The notes beneath the pieces were generated by a model. That model had not been told where the DNA came from and made no database searches. It saw nothing but the letters and a program-made list of their open reading frames with translations. The position numbers were made by a program, and so were the translations under genes. From an uncultured Marvinbryantia sp. (lineage in GTDB: Bacteria; Bacillota; Clostridia; Lachnospirales; Lachnospiraceae), in the NCBI GenBank assembly GCA_964487425.1, contig CAZAQD010000004.1, positions 7,063 to 71,062 of the forward strand: a DNA stretch of 64,000 nt, in the 5' to 3' direction. Each line of letters starts with the position of its first letter. Position 1 is the stretch's first letter. This document shows, piece after piece, positions 38,667 through 47,370 of this stretch.

Positions 38667-39359
38667 TTACTCTTGGTTCTTAACGATATCTGCCAGTTTC
38701 CTGATATCTCTTATCACATAAGTGGCTGTCATTTCAAGCGGCATGTCTGCGTCGGCAGGGTTATACCAGCAGGTGTCCAGTCCGGCATGAATCCCGCCGC
38801 TTATATCCGCTGACAGAGAGTCGCCCACCATAAGCGCCCTGTGTTTATCAAAGCCGGCAATATGCGACGCCACGTATTGAAAAAATTCCGGCTGCGGCTT
38901 TTGAAAACCGATTTCCTCCGAGATGAACATTCCCTTAATCAGCTTATCAAGCCCGCTGTCGTGGACTCTCTGATACTGCGTCACGGCGACGCCGTTTGTG
39001 ACAATATATAAGTCACAGGTTTTCGAAAGCTTCTCACAGGTTTCGTAAGCGCCTTCGATCAGGTAAGCGCCGCGTCCCAGCTCATACTGATAGGTCTTCT
39101 CAATGGCGGATGTGTCGGCTTTGATCTGATACCGGCTAAATAACCTGCGGAAACGCTCTTCCAGCAACGTCTCCTTATCCAGCATCCCCTGCTCAAATTC
39201 TTCCCAGCATTTCCGGTTAATGGCAGAATAATCTTCCAGTAGCTGCCGGTCAAAAGCCAGATGATACCGGCGAAAAGTCTCCTCTATGCCGCGCGCCTCC
39301 GTTTTTTTGAAATCAAGAAGCGTGCCGTCGGCATCAAGGAGCAGGGTCTGATATCTCAT
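38667..39359 (-). CDS. YjjG-family HAD nucleotidase
   Basis: DADGTLLDF, VTNG, KPQPEFF and GDSLSADISGG motifs. Confidence 0.9.
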   Translation of the reverse strand: MRYQTLLLDADGTLLDFKKTEARGIEETFRRYHLAFDRQLLEDYSAINRKCWEEFEQGMLDKETLLEERFRRLFSRYQIKADTSAIEKTYQYELGRGAYLIEGAYETCEKLSKTCDLYIVTNGVAVTQYQRVHDSGLDKLIKGMFISEEIGFQKPQPEFFQYVASHIAGFDKHRALMVGDSLSADISGGIHAGLDTCWYNPADADMPLEMTATYVIRDIRKLADIVKNQE

Positions 39360-39381
39360 GGTATGCCCTCCTGCTCTGCAA

Positions 39382-40557
39382 TCAATGGTGGAACAGGCGG
39401 ATTCCGGTAAACGCCATCACCATATGATATTTGTTACAGCATTCGATCACCAGGTCATCCCGGACTGAGCCGCCCGGCTGGGCGATATAAGTCACGCCGC
39501 TCTTGTGGGCGCGCTCAATATTGTCGCTAAACGGGAAAAAGGCATCGGAGCCAAGCGTCACGCCATCCATCTGATCCAGCCATGCGCGCTTCTCTTCTCT
39601 TGTGAATACCTCCGGCTTTGTCTTAAAGATCTTTTCCCATGCGCCGTCTGCGAGTACATCCATATATTCCTCGCCGATGTAAACGTCGATGGCATTGTCA
39701 CGGTCGGCTCTGCGGATACCGTCGATAAACGGAAGCTCCATTACCTTCGGGCACTGGCGCAGAAGCCAATTGTCCGCTTTTTGCCCGGCAAGCCTGGTAC
39801 AATGTACCCGGGATTGCTGTCCTGCGCCGATCCCAATTGCCTGTCCGTCCTTTACGAAGCAGACAGAGTTTGACTGCGTATACTTCAAAGTAATAAGCGC
39901 TATTTTCATATCGCGAACCGCTTCTTTGGACAGCTCCTTATTTTCTGTCACAATATTGGAAAGAAGCTCCTCATTGATCGGCAGCTCCTGCCTTCCCTGC
40001 TCAAACGTCACCCCGAACACTTCCTTGTGCTCGATCGGCGCCGGAACATAATTTTCATCTATTTTAATGACATTGTAGTTACCGTTTTTCTTGAGCCTGA
40101 GGATCTCAAGCGCTTCCTCTGTGTATCCCGGGGCAATGACGCCGTCCGATACTTCCCGCTTAATCAGCATGGCAGTGTCCTTATCGCAAACATCCGAAAG
40201 GGCGATCAAATCACCGAAGGAAGACATTCTGTCTGCGCCTCTGGCACGGGCGTAAGCGCATGCAAGGGGAGATAATTCGCCGCAGTCATCCACCCAGTAG
40301 ATTTTCGCGAGCGTTTCGCTAAGGGGCAGCCCGATTGCCGCTCCTGCCGGAGAAACATGCTTAAAAGAGGTCGCTGCCGGCATGCCTGTCGCACTTTTTA
40401 ACTCCTTTACCAGTTGCCATCCATTAAAAGCATCAAGAAAATTAATATACCCGGGACGCCCGGATAACACCTCGATGGGAAGCTCCCCTTCCTGCATGTA
40501 GATACGGGAAGGCTTTTGATTTGGGTTACATCCATATTTTAACTGAAGTTCTTTCAT
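39382..40557 (-). CDS. Stand-alone AICAR formyltransferase (PurH C-terminal domain only)
   Basis: Begins at LKYGCNPNQ; SFKHVSPAG, GAGQQSRVHC, SDAFFPF, QPGGS and RLFHH motifs; no IMP cyclohydrolase domain. Confidence 0.93.
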   Translation of the reverse strand: MKELQLKYGCNPNQKPSRIYMQEGELPIEVLSGRPGYINFLDAFNGWQLVKELKSATGMPAATSFKHVSPAGAAIGLPLSETLAKIYWVDDCGELSPLACAYARARGADRMSSFGDLIALSDVCDKDTAMLIKREVSDGVIAPGYTEEALEILRLKKNGNYNVIKIDENYVPAPIEHKEVFGVTFEQGRQELPINEELLSNIVTENKELSKEAVRDMKIALITLKYTQSNSVCFVKDGQAIGIGAGQQSRVHCTRLAGQKADNWLLRQCPKVMELPFIDGIRRADRDNAIDVYIGEEYMDVLADGAWEKIFKTKPEVFTREEKRAWLDQMDGVTLGSDAFFPFSDNIERAHKSGVTYIAQPGGSVRDDLVIECCNKYHMVMAFTGIRLFHH

Positions 40558-40579
40558 GGGTAAAGCTCCTTTCCTGCGC

Positions 40580-41296
40580 CTATTTCACATTCTTATTCAC
40601 AATTTTTGTCTCATATTTGCCCGTCATGATATCGATAAAACGGACAAACAGGGATACCTTGTTTTCCTCATTCAGGCTGTTCCAGATCTGATCGGTAAAC
40701 GCATCAATGTCATCCGGGATGGCAACCAGCTTCGGCTCGCCCTCAAAGCTCGGCAGAGGATTGCCGTCGCACTTGTAGGTATGGATAAAATGCCCTTCTC
40801 CGTTTACCGGGGTTTCATAGGCAAAGGTATAACGGTTGCAGGCAGACGGATTGCCATTATTGCTCTTTAAAATAGACATTGCATAATGGTACGCACCGTC
40901 CACAATATGCATGATCCCGGAGATACGCGGCGTATAGTTCGGCGCATCCGGCTCAAATTCGCGGCATCTCAGCGACTGTTCAAAGGTGAGCTGTTTGTCC
41001 ATACCTTCGTAAATCGTGTCGGTCTGGTCGCCGTTTGTCACGATCGTTTTATTGCCGAGTACACGTACCGGCGCATAAATAATCAGGCTTGGGTCCACCA
41101 GCTTCGAAGGATCGAATGCCTGCGTGCGGATTCCCTCTCCCTCCTCGGCAAAGATGCGGTTGCGGCTGTTCTCGCTTCTGCCCATGATAAAATAAGCAGT
41201 GACTGCTTTCGTCCCGTCAGCGGACTTTCCGATCACGATTCCTCTGCCGGGGTAAGCATTGCCCTTTAATTCCTGTTCCAGTGATAACATTTCCAT
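40580..41296 (-). CDS. IMP cyclohydrolase-like protein (PurO-type)
   Basis: YPGRG, YFIMGRSENSRNR, IVTNGDQTD and FEPD.PNYTPRISG motifs; adjacent to the AICAR transformylase; AAGGAG RBS. Confidence 0.88.
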   Translation of the reverse strand: MEMLSLEQELKGNAYPGRGIVIGKSADGTKAVTAYFIMGRSENSRNRIFAEEGEGIRTQAFDPSKLVDPSLIIYAPVRVLGNKTIVTNGDQTDTIYEGMDKQLTFEQSLRCREFEPDAPNYTPRISGIMHIVDGAYHYAMSILKSNNGNPSACNRYTFAYETPVNGEGHFIHTYKCDGNPLPSFEGEPKLVAIPDDIDAFTDQIWNSLNEENKVSLFVRFIDIMTGKYETKIVNKNVK

Positions 41297-41315
41297 TCTC
41301 TGTTCTCCTTTCACA

Positions 41316-41368
41316 TAAAAACCGCCCGGGAAACCATATAGCATTCCCATACGGTCACCCAGGCGGTC
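41316..41368 (-). terminator. Riboswitch-controlled terminator
   Basis: ACCGCCTGGG (aptamer P3) pairs with downstream CCCGGGCGGT, followed by a T-run. Confidence 0.8.
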
Positions 41369-41428
41369 GGCTTTTCCTCGTTGTACTTCCCGTAGGTGAT
41401 CCTACTAATCCGCCAGTCATACAACATC
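41357..41428 (-). ncRNA. ZMP/ZTP (pfl) riboswitch aptamer
   Basis: Minus strand reads GTTGTATGACTGGCGGA..GTAGG..CCTAC GGGAAGTACAAC...GCCGACCGCCTGGGT, matching the pfl motif. It is upstream of purine-pathway genes. Confidence 0.92.
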
Positions 41429-41498
41429 TTTCTTTATCTTACACTATTTGTCAGAAATTCTCAACTATGATTTTTCTGAATCCTGCAGTTTGCAGCCG

Positions 41499-41933
41499 CT
41501 AAATCACATAATTGTTCCCCATTGCGATGTGCATATCAACAAGGTCCGCCAACGTGTATTTATCTACTACACTGTTGATCGCCTCATTCAGCTCCTTCCA
41601 AATCTGCAGCGTAACGCAGGTCTCCTGTCGGTAGCACATATTCGGCTCGTCGTCAAGGCAAGCCACCGGTGCAAGGCTGCCCTCCGTCAGCCTTAAAATC
41701 ATGCCCACCGTATATTCCTTCGGGTCCTTTGCCAGGCGGTATCCCCCCTGGGGTCCGCGGTTGCTCCGCAGATATCCGGCGCGCGATAAAATCGTAATAA
41801 TCTGCTCCATGTATTTAATAGAGATGTCCTGCCGCTTTGCAATATCCTTCACTCTCACGGGCGCGTCATTTCCCATAATCGCAAGATCAAGCATTAAGCG
41901 CAGGGCATACCTTCCCTTTGTGGAAATTTTCAT
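41499..41933 (-). CDS. Rrf2-family regulator (IscR/CymR-like, three Cys)
   Basis: MKISTKGRYALR, RGPQGGY.L, C-x7-C-x5-C (CLDDEPNMCYRQETC). Confidence 0.92.
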   Translation of the reverse strand: MKISTKGRYALRLMLDLAIMGNDAPVRVKDIAKRQDISIKYMEQIITILSRAGYLRSNRGPQGGYRLAKDPKEYTVGMILRLTEGSLAPVACLDDEPNMCYRQETCVTLQIWKELNEAINSVVDKYTLADLVDMHIAMGNNYVI

Positions 41934-42021
41934 ATCGTCCTCCCATTCCCTAGATGTTCAATATATTTATAGTACAATCATACTATCCCTCAGCTAAAAC
42001 TGCAAGAAAAAGTTGCAAATC

Positions 42022-42081
42022 AGAACTTTTGTTTGCATTTTGTACGTGAATACGCTATACTGAAAACAGAAACTATGTTCG
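42022..42081 (+). promoter_or_regulatory. lexA promoter with two SOS boxes
   Basis: AGAACTTTTGTTTG 42022-42035 and AGAAACTATGTTCG 42068-42081; TTGCAT (42033)-N17-TATACT (42056). Confidence 0.8.
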
Positions 42082-42095
42082 GGAGGGCAAAACCT

Positions 42096-42716
42096 ATGGC
42101 TTATGGAAAAATCACCAAGAAACAGACTGAGATTTTAGAATATATCAAAAGTGAAATATTGAACAGGGGATTTCCGCCTTCTGTACGGGAAATCTGTGAG
42201 GCAGTGAATCTGAAATCCACTTCTTCCGTGCATTCCCATCTGGAATCCCTGGAAAAAAACGGTTATATCCGCCGCGATCCGACGAAACCGCGCGCGATTG
42301 AGATTATTGACGATAACTTTAACCTGGTAAGGCGCGAGGTAGTCAATGTGCCGATTGTCGGGCGCGTCGCTGCCGGGGAGCCGATTCTCGCTGTGGAGAA
42401 TGTCGAAAATTATTTTCCTATTCCGGCGGAATTTATGCCCAACGCCCAGACCTTTATGCTTACGGTAAAAGGGGAAAGTATGATAAATGCTGGCATCTTT
42501 GACGGCGACCAGATCCTGGTTCAGCAGCAAAGCACCGCCCGCAACGGCGACATGGTCGTTGCCCTTATGGAAGATTCCGCTACCGTCAAGACTTTTTATA
42601 AAGAAAATGGCTATTACCGGCTGCAGCCGGAAAATGACCATATGGAGCCGATTATTGTGTACGGGGAACTGCAGATCCTCGGCAAGGTAATCGGAGTATT
42701 CCGCTTTCTTTCCTGA
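42096..42716 (+). CDS. lexA: SOS repressor LexA
   Basis: [16 protein letters not shown], cleavage site VAAG, GESM (Ser) and TVK (Lys). Confidence 0.98.
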   Translation: MAYGKITKKQTEILEYIKSEILNRGFPPSVREICEAVNLKSTSSVHSHLESLEKNGYIRRDPTKPRAIEIIDDNFNLVRREVVNVPIVGRVAAGEPILAVENVENYFPIPAEFMPNAQTFMLTVKGESMINAGIFDGDQILVQQQSTARNGDMVVALMEDSATVKTFYKENGYYRLQPENDHMEPIIVYGELQILGKVIGVFRFLS

Positions 42717-42745
42717 TAAAGAGCGTACAGCAAACGCTTTTTTCA

Positions 42746-42780
42746 GCAGCGCCGGCGCCTTGAGGAGCCGGCGTTGTTTT
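42746..42780 (+). terminator. Terminator between convergent lexA and rsfS
   Basis: GCAGCGCCGGC/GCCGGCGTTGT stem followed by Ts. Confidence 0.7.
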
Positions 42781-42783
42781 GTA

Positions 42784-43140
42784 CTAAAGCTCTTTGGGGT
42801 CCATCTGCTTTCCATCCCGCCAGATTCTCTCCAGATCATAGAAAAGGCGGTTTTCCGAGTCAAAAATATGGATGATAATATCCCCGAAATCCAATAAAAT
42901 CCAGTTGGCAGTCTGATAGCCTTCTACCTGTCTTGGCTCAAATCCGGCGCGTCCAAGCGTTTCCTCTACATTGTCAACCAACGCCTGTACCTGATTCTTA
43001 TTCATCCCGCTTGCAATAATAAAATAATCGGCAATGACAGATACCTCCCGGATATCAATGACCTTGATATCCTCGCCCTTTTTCTCTTCCAGGGCGGCAA
43101 CCGCTAACTTCACCATTTCTTTTGCATTGATATTTTCCAT
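42784..43140 (-). CDS. rsfS: Ribosome silencing factor
   Basis: KKGEDI, DYFIIASG, WILLDFGDIIIHIF and FYDLERIW motifs. Confidence 0.96.
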   Translation of the reverse strand: MENINAKEMVKLAVAALEEKKGEDIKVIDIREVSVIADYFIIASGMNKNQVQALVDNVEETLGRAGFEPRQVEGYQTANWILLDFGDIIIHIFDSENRLFYDLERIWRDGKQMDPKEL

Positions 43141-43152
43141 GTCGTTCCCTCC

Positions 43153-43731
43153 TTAATCTAAAATTTGTTCTTTATAATACTCATATGCCTGCAGCGTCAT
43201 GGGGTCCAGATTCTTTGTGGAGTGCTTCAGATAAGAAAGTGTATCGGATAAAATCTTAAATAAAGCAAGGTCAATGTCCTCAAATGCCAGTTTTCTCACA
43301 TCTGCGAGATTGGGCGCTTTCGTCCGCATCGGCTCAATATAATCCGCCACATAGATAATTTTATCAAGCAGCGTCATTTCCGGTTTCCCGGTCGTATGGC
43401 ATTCGATGGCATTTAAAATTTCTTTCTCTTCCACCCCATACTTTTCCTTTGCAATAAACGTGCCTACCTTTGCGTGCAACAAAAAAGGATTCTCCTCCTC
43501 CATCTTCGTTATAGGGATCTTATTCTTCCGACAGATTTTCAGCTTTTTATTGTCGGGAATACATTTTGCGCAGTCATGTAAAAGCCCCGCAATCTGCGCC
43601 TTTTCCAGGTTCTCTCCATATTTCATGGCAAGAGCGGCGGCTGTGTACATGACGCCCTGCGTATGCTCAAAACGCCCGGCATCCAGATATTTTTTCAGTA
43701 CTTTTTTTGCCTTCGGAATCGTGTATTTCAC
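43153..43731 (-). CDS. yqeK: YqeK HD-domain Ap4A hydrolase
   Basis: RFEHT.GV, LLHDCAK, HTTG and ADYIEP motifs. GTG start. Confidence 0.92.
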   Translation of the reverse strand: MKYTIPKAKKVLKKYLDAGRFEHTQGVMYTAAALAMKYGENLEKAQIAGLLHDCAKCIPDNKKLKICRKNKIPITKMEEENPFLLHAKVGTFIAKEKYGVEEKEILNAIECHTTGKPEMTLLDKIIYVADYIEPMRTKAPNLADVRKLAFEDIDLALFKILSDTLSYLKHSTKNLDPMTLQAYEYYKEQILD

Positions 43732-43765
43732 AATCGATCAACCTCTCGTCCTTTTTTATAATACA

Positions 43766-44389
43766 TTAGTTTTCGCAGTCTTTATAGAGATGGCATTCCC
43801 GGATATAGGCGCGCACATTGTCCGGCAGATAATATTTGGTGCCTTTTCCGTCCCGGATCCATTCCCTCAGCATATGGGAAGAAATATCCATATTGGGAGC
43901 GTCAAGAATGTGAATATCGGCATGAAAAAGCGTCTTTAAATGTTCAATCTGTGCCTCCATTGCCTGCGTATTTACGTGGTTACGCACTGCCGCCACGATA
44001 GCGGCAAGCCTGGCGATCTCCCCCGGCTCCCGCCATTCCTCAAAGGCGAACAGGGAATCCGCGCCCATAATAAAATAGTAATCGGTATGCGGATTCTCAG
44101 AGGTCAATTGTTCCAAAGTCTCCTTCGTGTACGTATACCCTTCCTCACATGCTTCCGCTAAGGAAAGCGTGAAATGCGGATTATCGCCAATCGCCAGGCG
44201 CACCATCTCAATGCGCTGTTCCAGGCTGCCTCTGCCGCTTCGGTTTCTTTTGTGCGGTGGATTGCCGGAGGGCATAAACAATACTTCCTCCAGCCCAAAC
44301 TGATGAAATGCGCATTCGCCCAGTATCAAATGCCCTACATGAATGGGATCAAAGGTTCCGCCCATAATCCCCACTTTTCTTCTATCCAT
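43766..44389 (-). CDS. nadD: Nicotinate-nucleotide adenylyltransferase
   Basis: GGTFDPIHVGH, PPHK, FIMGADS and ISS motifs. Confidence 0.96.
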   Translation of the reverse strand: MDRRKVGIMGGTFDPIHVGHLILGECAFHQFGLEEVLFMPSGNPPHKRNRSGRGSLEQRIEMVRLAIGDNPHFTLSLAEACEEGYTYTKETLEQLTSENPHTDYYFIMGADSLFAFEEWREPGEIARLAAIVAAVRNHVNTQAMEAQIEHLKTLFHADIHILDAPNMDISSHMLREWIRDGKGTKYYLPDNVRAYIRECHLYKDCEN

Positions 44390-44402
44390 CACGTTCTCCT
44401 CC

Positions 44403-44696
44403 CTACAGCGGAAGCGTAATTTTCTTTTTATCCTCTTTTCCCTCTTTATACAGGACAATCTTTTTTCCGATCACCTGTACGACCGAAGAACGGGTGCGCT
44501 CCGCGACAATCGCCGCAATCTCCTTCGGGTCGTCCATACAATTTTGCAGGACACTGATTTTGATAAGCTCCCTTGCATCCAGCGCCTCCCCGATCGCCTT
44601 TGTATTCTCAGGCGTCAGGCTGGATTTTCCAATCTGAAAAATCGGGTCCATCGTCATGGCAAGGCTTTTCAAATAAGCTCTCTGTTTACTTGTCAT
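44403..44696 (-). CDS. yhbY: YhbY CRM-domain RNA-binding protein
   Basis: TSKQRAYLKSLA, QIGK, ELIKI and QVIG motifs. Confidence 0.94.
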   Translation of the reverse strand: MTSKQRAYLKSLAMTMDPIFQIGKSSLTPENTKAIGEALDARELIKISVLQNCMDDPKEIAAIVAERTRSSVVQVIGKKIVLYKEGKEDKKKITLPL

Positions 44697-44713
44697 CTAA
44701 AATTTCTCCTTTC

Positions 44714-44860
44714 CTGCACTGCACCACTCATTCGCAGTACCAAACTCGTGAAATCACAGATTTCACGAGTTTTCGTACTTGCGCACTATAGTCCCGCACA
44801 TGAAAACGCTTATTTGTATGTAAGCATACATAAGCGTTTTCATGCACGGAACTGCACTGC
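44714..44860 (-). repeat. Double-hairpin intergenic element bounded by 9-bp direct repeats
   Basis: CTGCACTGC at 44714-44722 and 44852-44860. Perfect 14-bp inverted repeats at 44742-44755/44759-44772 and 44799-44812/44831-44844. Confidence 0.75.
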
Positions 44861-44866
44861 TTAATG

Positions 44867-46156
44867 CTATCGAAAATATTCAAATGTGAGTCCGTACATT
44901 CTTACTGTGTCGCCCTCCCGGATACCAGCAGCTTCCAGATCGTCAAGGATACCGGTATCTTTAAGGAATTTCTGGAAGAATAAAAAGCCCTTTTCGGATT
45001 CCAGGCTCGTATAGCCCAGCATTTTTTCAATCTTGGGTCCTTCCACAATATAAGTATTTGCCTCCTCCGCCGATTTTTCAACGGTGTACGGAAGATTTTC
45101 GTCAATATGAATCTCTTCCGGGAAGTATTCCTGCTCGAAGATGATCATTTCCTGCGGAAGCCCATCCAACATCTCCCGGACATAATAGAGGAGTTCTTTC
45201 AGCCCCTTCCCGCTAACCGCCGAAATCGGGAATACCTTTACACCCTTTGGTTCAAATTCCTCCCGGATGCGCTGCACCGGATCTTCACCACCCGCATAGA
45301 TCACATCTGTCTTATTCGCAGCAATTACCTGCGGCCTTGAGGCAAGGTCTGCATTGTACGCCTTTAGTTCTTCATTAATCTTATAGATATCATCGATCGG
45401 ATCCCTGCCTTCGGTGGAAGCCGCATCGACCATATGGATCATAACCTTTGTCCGCTCAATGTGCCGCAGAAACTCATGTCCAAGCCCAACGCCATCGGAG
45501 GCGCCCTCGATCAATCCAGGGATATCCGCAATAACAAATCCCCTGCCGTCAAGATCGACAACCCCCAGATTGGGGCTCAATGTTGTAAAATGGTAATTGG
45601 CAATCTTCGGCTTTGCGTTTGTCACTCTGGAAAGCAGGGTGGATTTGCCGACGTTCGGGAATCCAACCAGCCCCACATCGGCGATCACTTTCAGCTCCAG
45701 CGAAACCACCAGCTCCCGCGCAGGATTGCCCGGCTGGGCATATTTGGGCACCTGCATGGTTGAGGTGGCAAAATTCATATTGCCAAGTCCGCCCCTTCCA
45801 CCCTTTAAAATGACCTTCCTCATATTGTCGCCGGACATATCGGCAATCACTTTTCCGCTTTCCGCTTCCTTGATTACCGTGCCTTCCGGTACTTTTAATA
45901 CGATATCTTCCCCATTTGCTCCGTGGCGGCGCTGCTTACTTCCATCCTGTCCATGCCCTGCCGTGAATTTGTGCTTATGGCGGTAATCCCCCAGCGTGGT
46001 CATTCCTTTGTCCACTTCAAAAATCACATCTCCGCCTTTGCCGCCGTCTCCGCCGTCCGGTCCGCCGGCTGCCACAAAAAGCTCCCTTCGGAAGCTGACA
46101 TGCCCGTCTCCGCCTTTCCCGGAGCAGATTGTTATTTTGGCTCTGTCTGCAAACAT
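44867..46156 (-). CDS. obgE: GTPase ObgE
   Basis: Gly-rich Obg domain, GFPNVGKS, DIPGLIEGA and NKTD motifs. Confidence 0.98.
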   Translation of the reverse strand: MFADRAKITICSGKGGDGHVSFRRELFVAAGGPDGGDGGKGGDVIFEVDKGMTTLGDYRHKHKFTAGHGQDGSKQRRHGANGEDIVLKVPEGTVIKEAESGKVIADMSGDNMRKVILKGGRGGLGNMNFATSTMQVPKYAQPGNPARELVVSLELKVIADVGLVGFPNVGKSTLLSRVTNAKPKIANYHFTTLSPNLGVVDLDGRGFVIADIPGLIEGASDGVGLGHEFLRHIERTKVMIHMVDAASTEGRDPIDDIYKINEELKAYNADLASRPQVIAANKTDVIYAGGEDPVQRIREEFEPKGVKVFPISAVSGKGLKELLYYVREMLDGLPQEMIIFEQEYFPEEIHIDENLPYTVEKSAEEANTYIVEGPKIEKMLGYTSLESEKGFLFFQKFLKDTGILDDLEAAGIREGDTVRMYGLTFEYFR

Positions 46157-46230
46157 AACGTTCTCCTTCTGTTTTTAACAAGGAAACCAGAAGCTTACCA
46201 TCAAATTGGAAGCTCATTTTCCATTGTATG

Positions 46231-46263
46231 AAAAAAAGGCTTCAAACCCTTCGATTTGAAGCC
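46231..46263 (-). terminator. Terminator after rpmA
   Basis: Minus strand GGCTTCAAA...TTTGAAGCC followed by T7. Confidence 0.82.
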
Positions 46264-46270
46264 AGCCTTT

Positions 46271-46558
46271 TTACTCTTCAGTTACCGGAACGATAGAAAC
46301 CTGTTTCTTATCTCTTCCTTTTCTCTGGAATCTCACTACACCATCTACTAATGCATACAGTGTATCATCACCGCCGCGTCCAACGTTAACGCCCGGATGA
46401 ATCTTTGTCCCACGCTGTCTGTAAAGGATGTTCCCGGCTTTTACGAACTGTCCGTCAGCTCTCTTCGCACCTAATCTCTTGGACTCGGAATCTCTGCCGT
46501 TCTTGGTAGAACCAACTCCCTTTTTATGAGCAAAAATCTGAAGGTTCATATTTAACAT
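46271..46558 (-). CDS. rpmA: 50S ribosomal protein L27 with cleavable N-terminal extension
   Basis: MLNMNLQIF|[15 protein letters not shown]. Confidence 0.98.
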   Translation of the reverse strand: MLNMNLQIFAHKKGVGSTKNGRDSESKRLGAKRADGQFVKAGNILYRQRGTKIHPGVNVGRGGDDTLYALVDGVVRFQRKGRDKKQVSIVPVTEE

Positions 46559-46561
46559 GTC

Positions 46562-46879
46562 CTACACCTCCTTGAATATCAGTTTGATATATTCATTCCC
46601 GTAATTATTTTGAATGTCCTGTAACCCTAAAACCATAGAATCCATCAAAAGCCTGGTTTCCTTTGAGATGTTTTCCAACTGAAGCTCTACCAGCCCTTCG
46701 TCTGCTGTCACAGACATCGCATCCTCTGTAAAAGCCTCAATTGAATTCACCGTATTCACTGTAAGGACGGATACGGCAGCGCAGATAATATCATACCCTT
46801 TCTCCGCATAATCCGCATGCCCTTCACTTCGGAAACCTCTGTATTCCCCGGATTCCTTATATACAGTCACAGTAATCAT
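46562..46879 (-). CDS. prp: Ribosomal-processing cysteine protease Prp
   Basis: GHA...G.DIICAAVS motif; located between rplU and rpmA. Confidence 0.95.
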   Translation of the reverse strand: MITVTVYKESGEYRGFRSEGHADYAEKGYDIICAAVSVLTVNTVNSIEAFTEDAMSVTADEGLVELQLENISKETRLLMDSMVLGLQDIQNNYGNEYIKLIFKEV

Positions 46880-46881
46880 GA

Positions 46882-47187
46882 TTAAGCGTTGATCTTTTCA
46901 ATCTTAACCTGTGTAAACTGCTGTCTGTGGCCGTTTTTCTTGTGGTAACCGGTTTTTCTCTTATATTTGTAAACGATGACTTTTCTGCCTTTACCGTTCT
47001 TTACAACACTTGCTGTTACCGTTGCATCCGCTACATCGGAACCAACCTTCAGTCCGTCATTGCTTACGGCAAGCACATTGTCGAAAGTAACAGTTTCTCC
47101 GGCTTCTGCACCTAACTTTTCTACGTTAATGATATCGCCCTCGGCTACTTTGTACTGTTTACCACCTGTTGCAATAATTGCGTACAT
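46882..47187 (-). CDS. rplU: 50S ribosomal protein L21
   Basis: [14 protein letters not shown]...GHRQ; AGGAGGT RBS. Confidence 0.98.
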   Translation of the reverse strand: MYAIIATGGKQYKVAEGDIINVEKLGAEAGETVTFDNVLAVSNDGLKVGSDVADATVTASVVKNGKGRKVIVYKYKRKTGYHKKNGHRQQFTQVKIEKINA

Positions 47188-47207
47188 ATGGCACCTCCTA
47201 TTATCAT

Positions 47208-47268
47208 TACTCGCTAACTTCGGTGGCGTGCAAAAAGCACAACACTTAAACCTCATTATGCGGCATAC
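47208..47268 (-). ncRNA. L21 leader (putative ribosomal protein leader)
   Basis: Minus strand GTATGCCGCA..AGGT..hairpin..ACC..GCGAGT, lying between the promoter and the rplU RBS; resembles the L21_leader motif. Confidence 0.65.
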
Positions 47269-47274
47269 TTAAGT

Positions 47275-47303
47275 ATTGTAGCACAATGTTATCACTGTGT
47301 CAA
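47275..47303 (-). promoter_or_regulatory. SigA promoter of rplU-prp-rpmA
   Basis: TTGACA (47303-47298)-N17-TACAAT (47280-47275) with an extended TGn. Confidence 0.8.
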
Positions 47304-47370
47304 TCAGATATTCTTAAATTTCTTTACCAAATAGTTTTGTGATAATTTTATCAATATTTTAAGCACTTAC

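Noticed and set aside
46271-46879. L27 N-terminal extension with an adjacent protease
   Set aside because: This is the well-described Firmicute L27/Prp system and is not novel.
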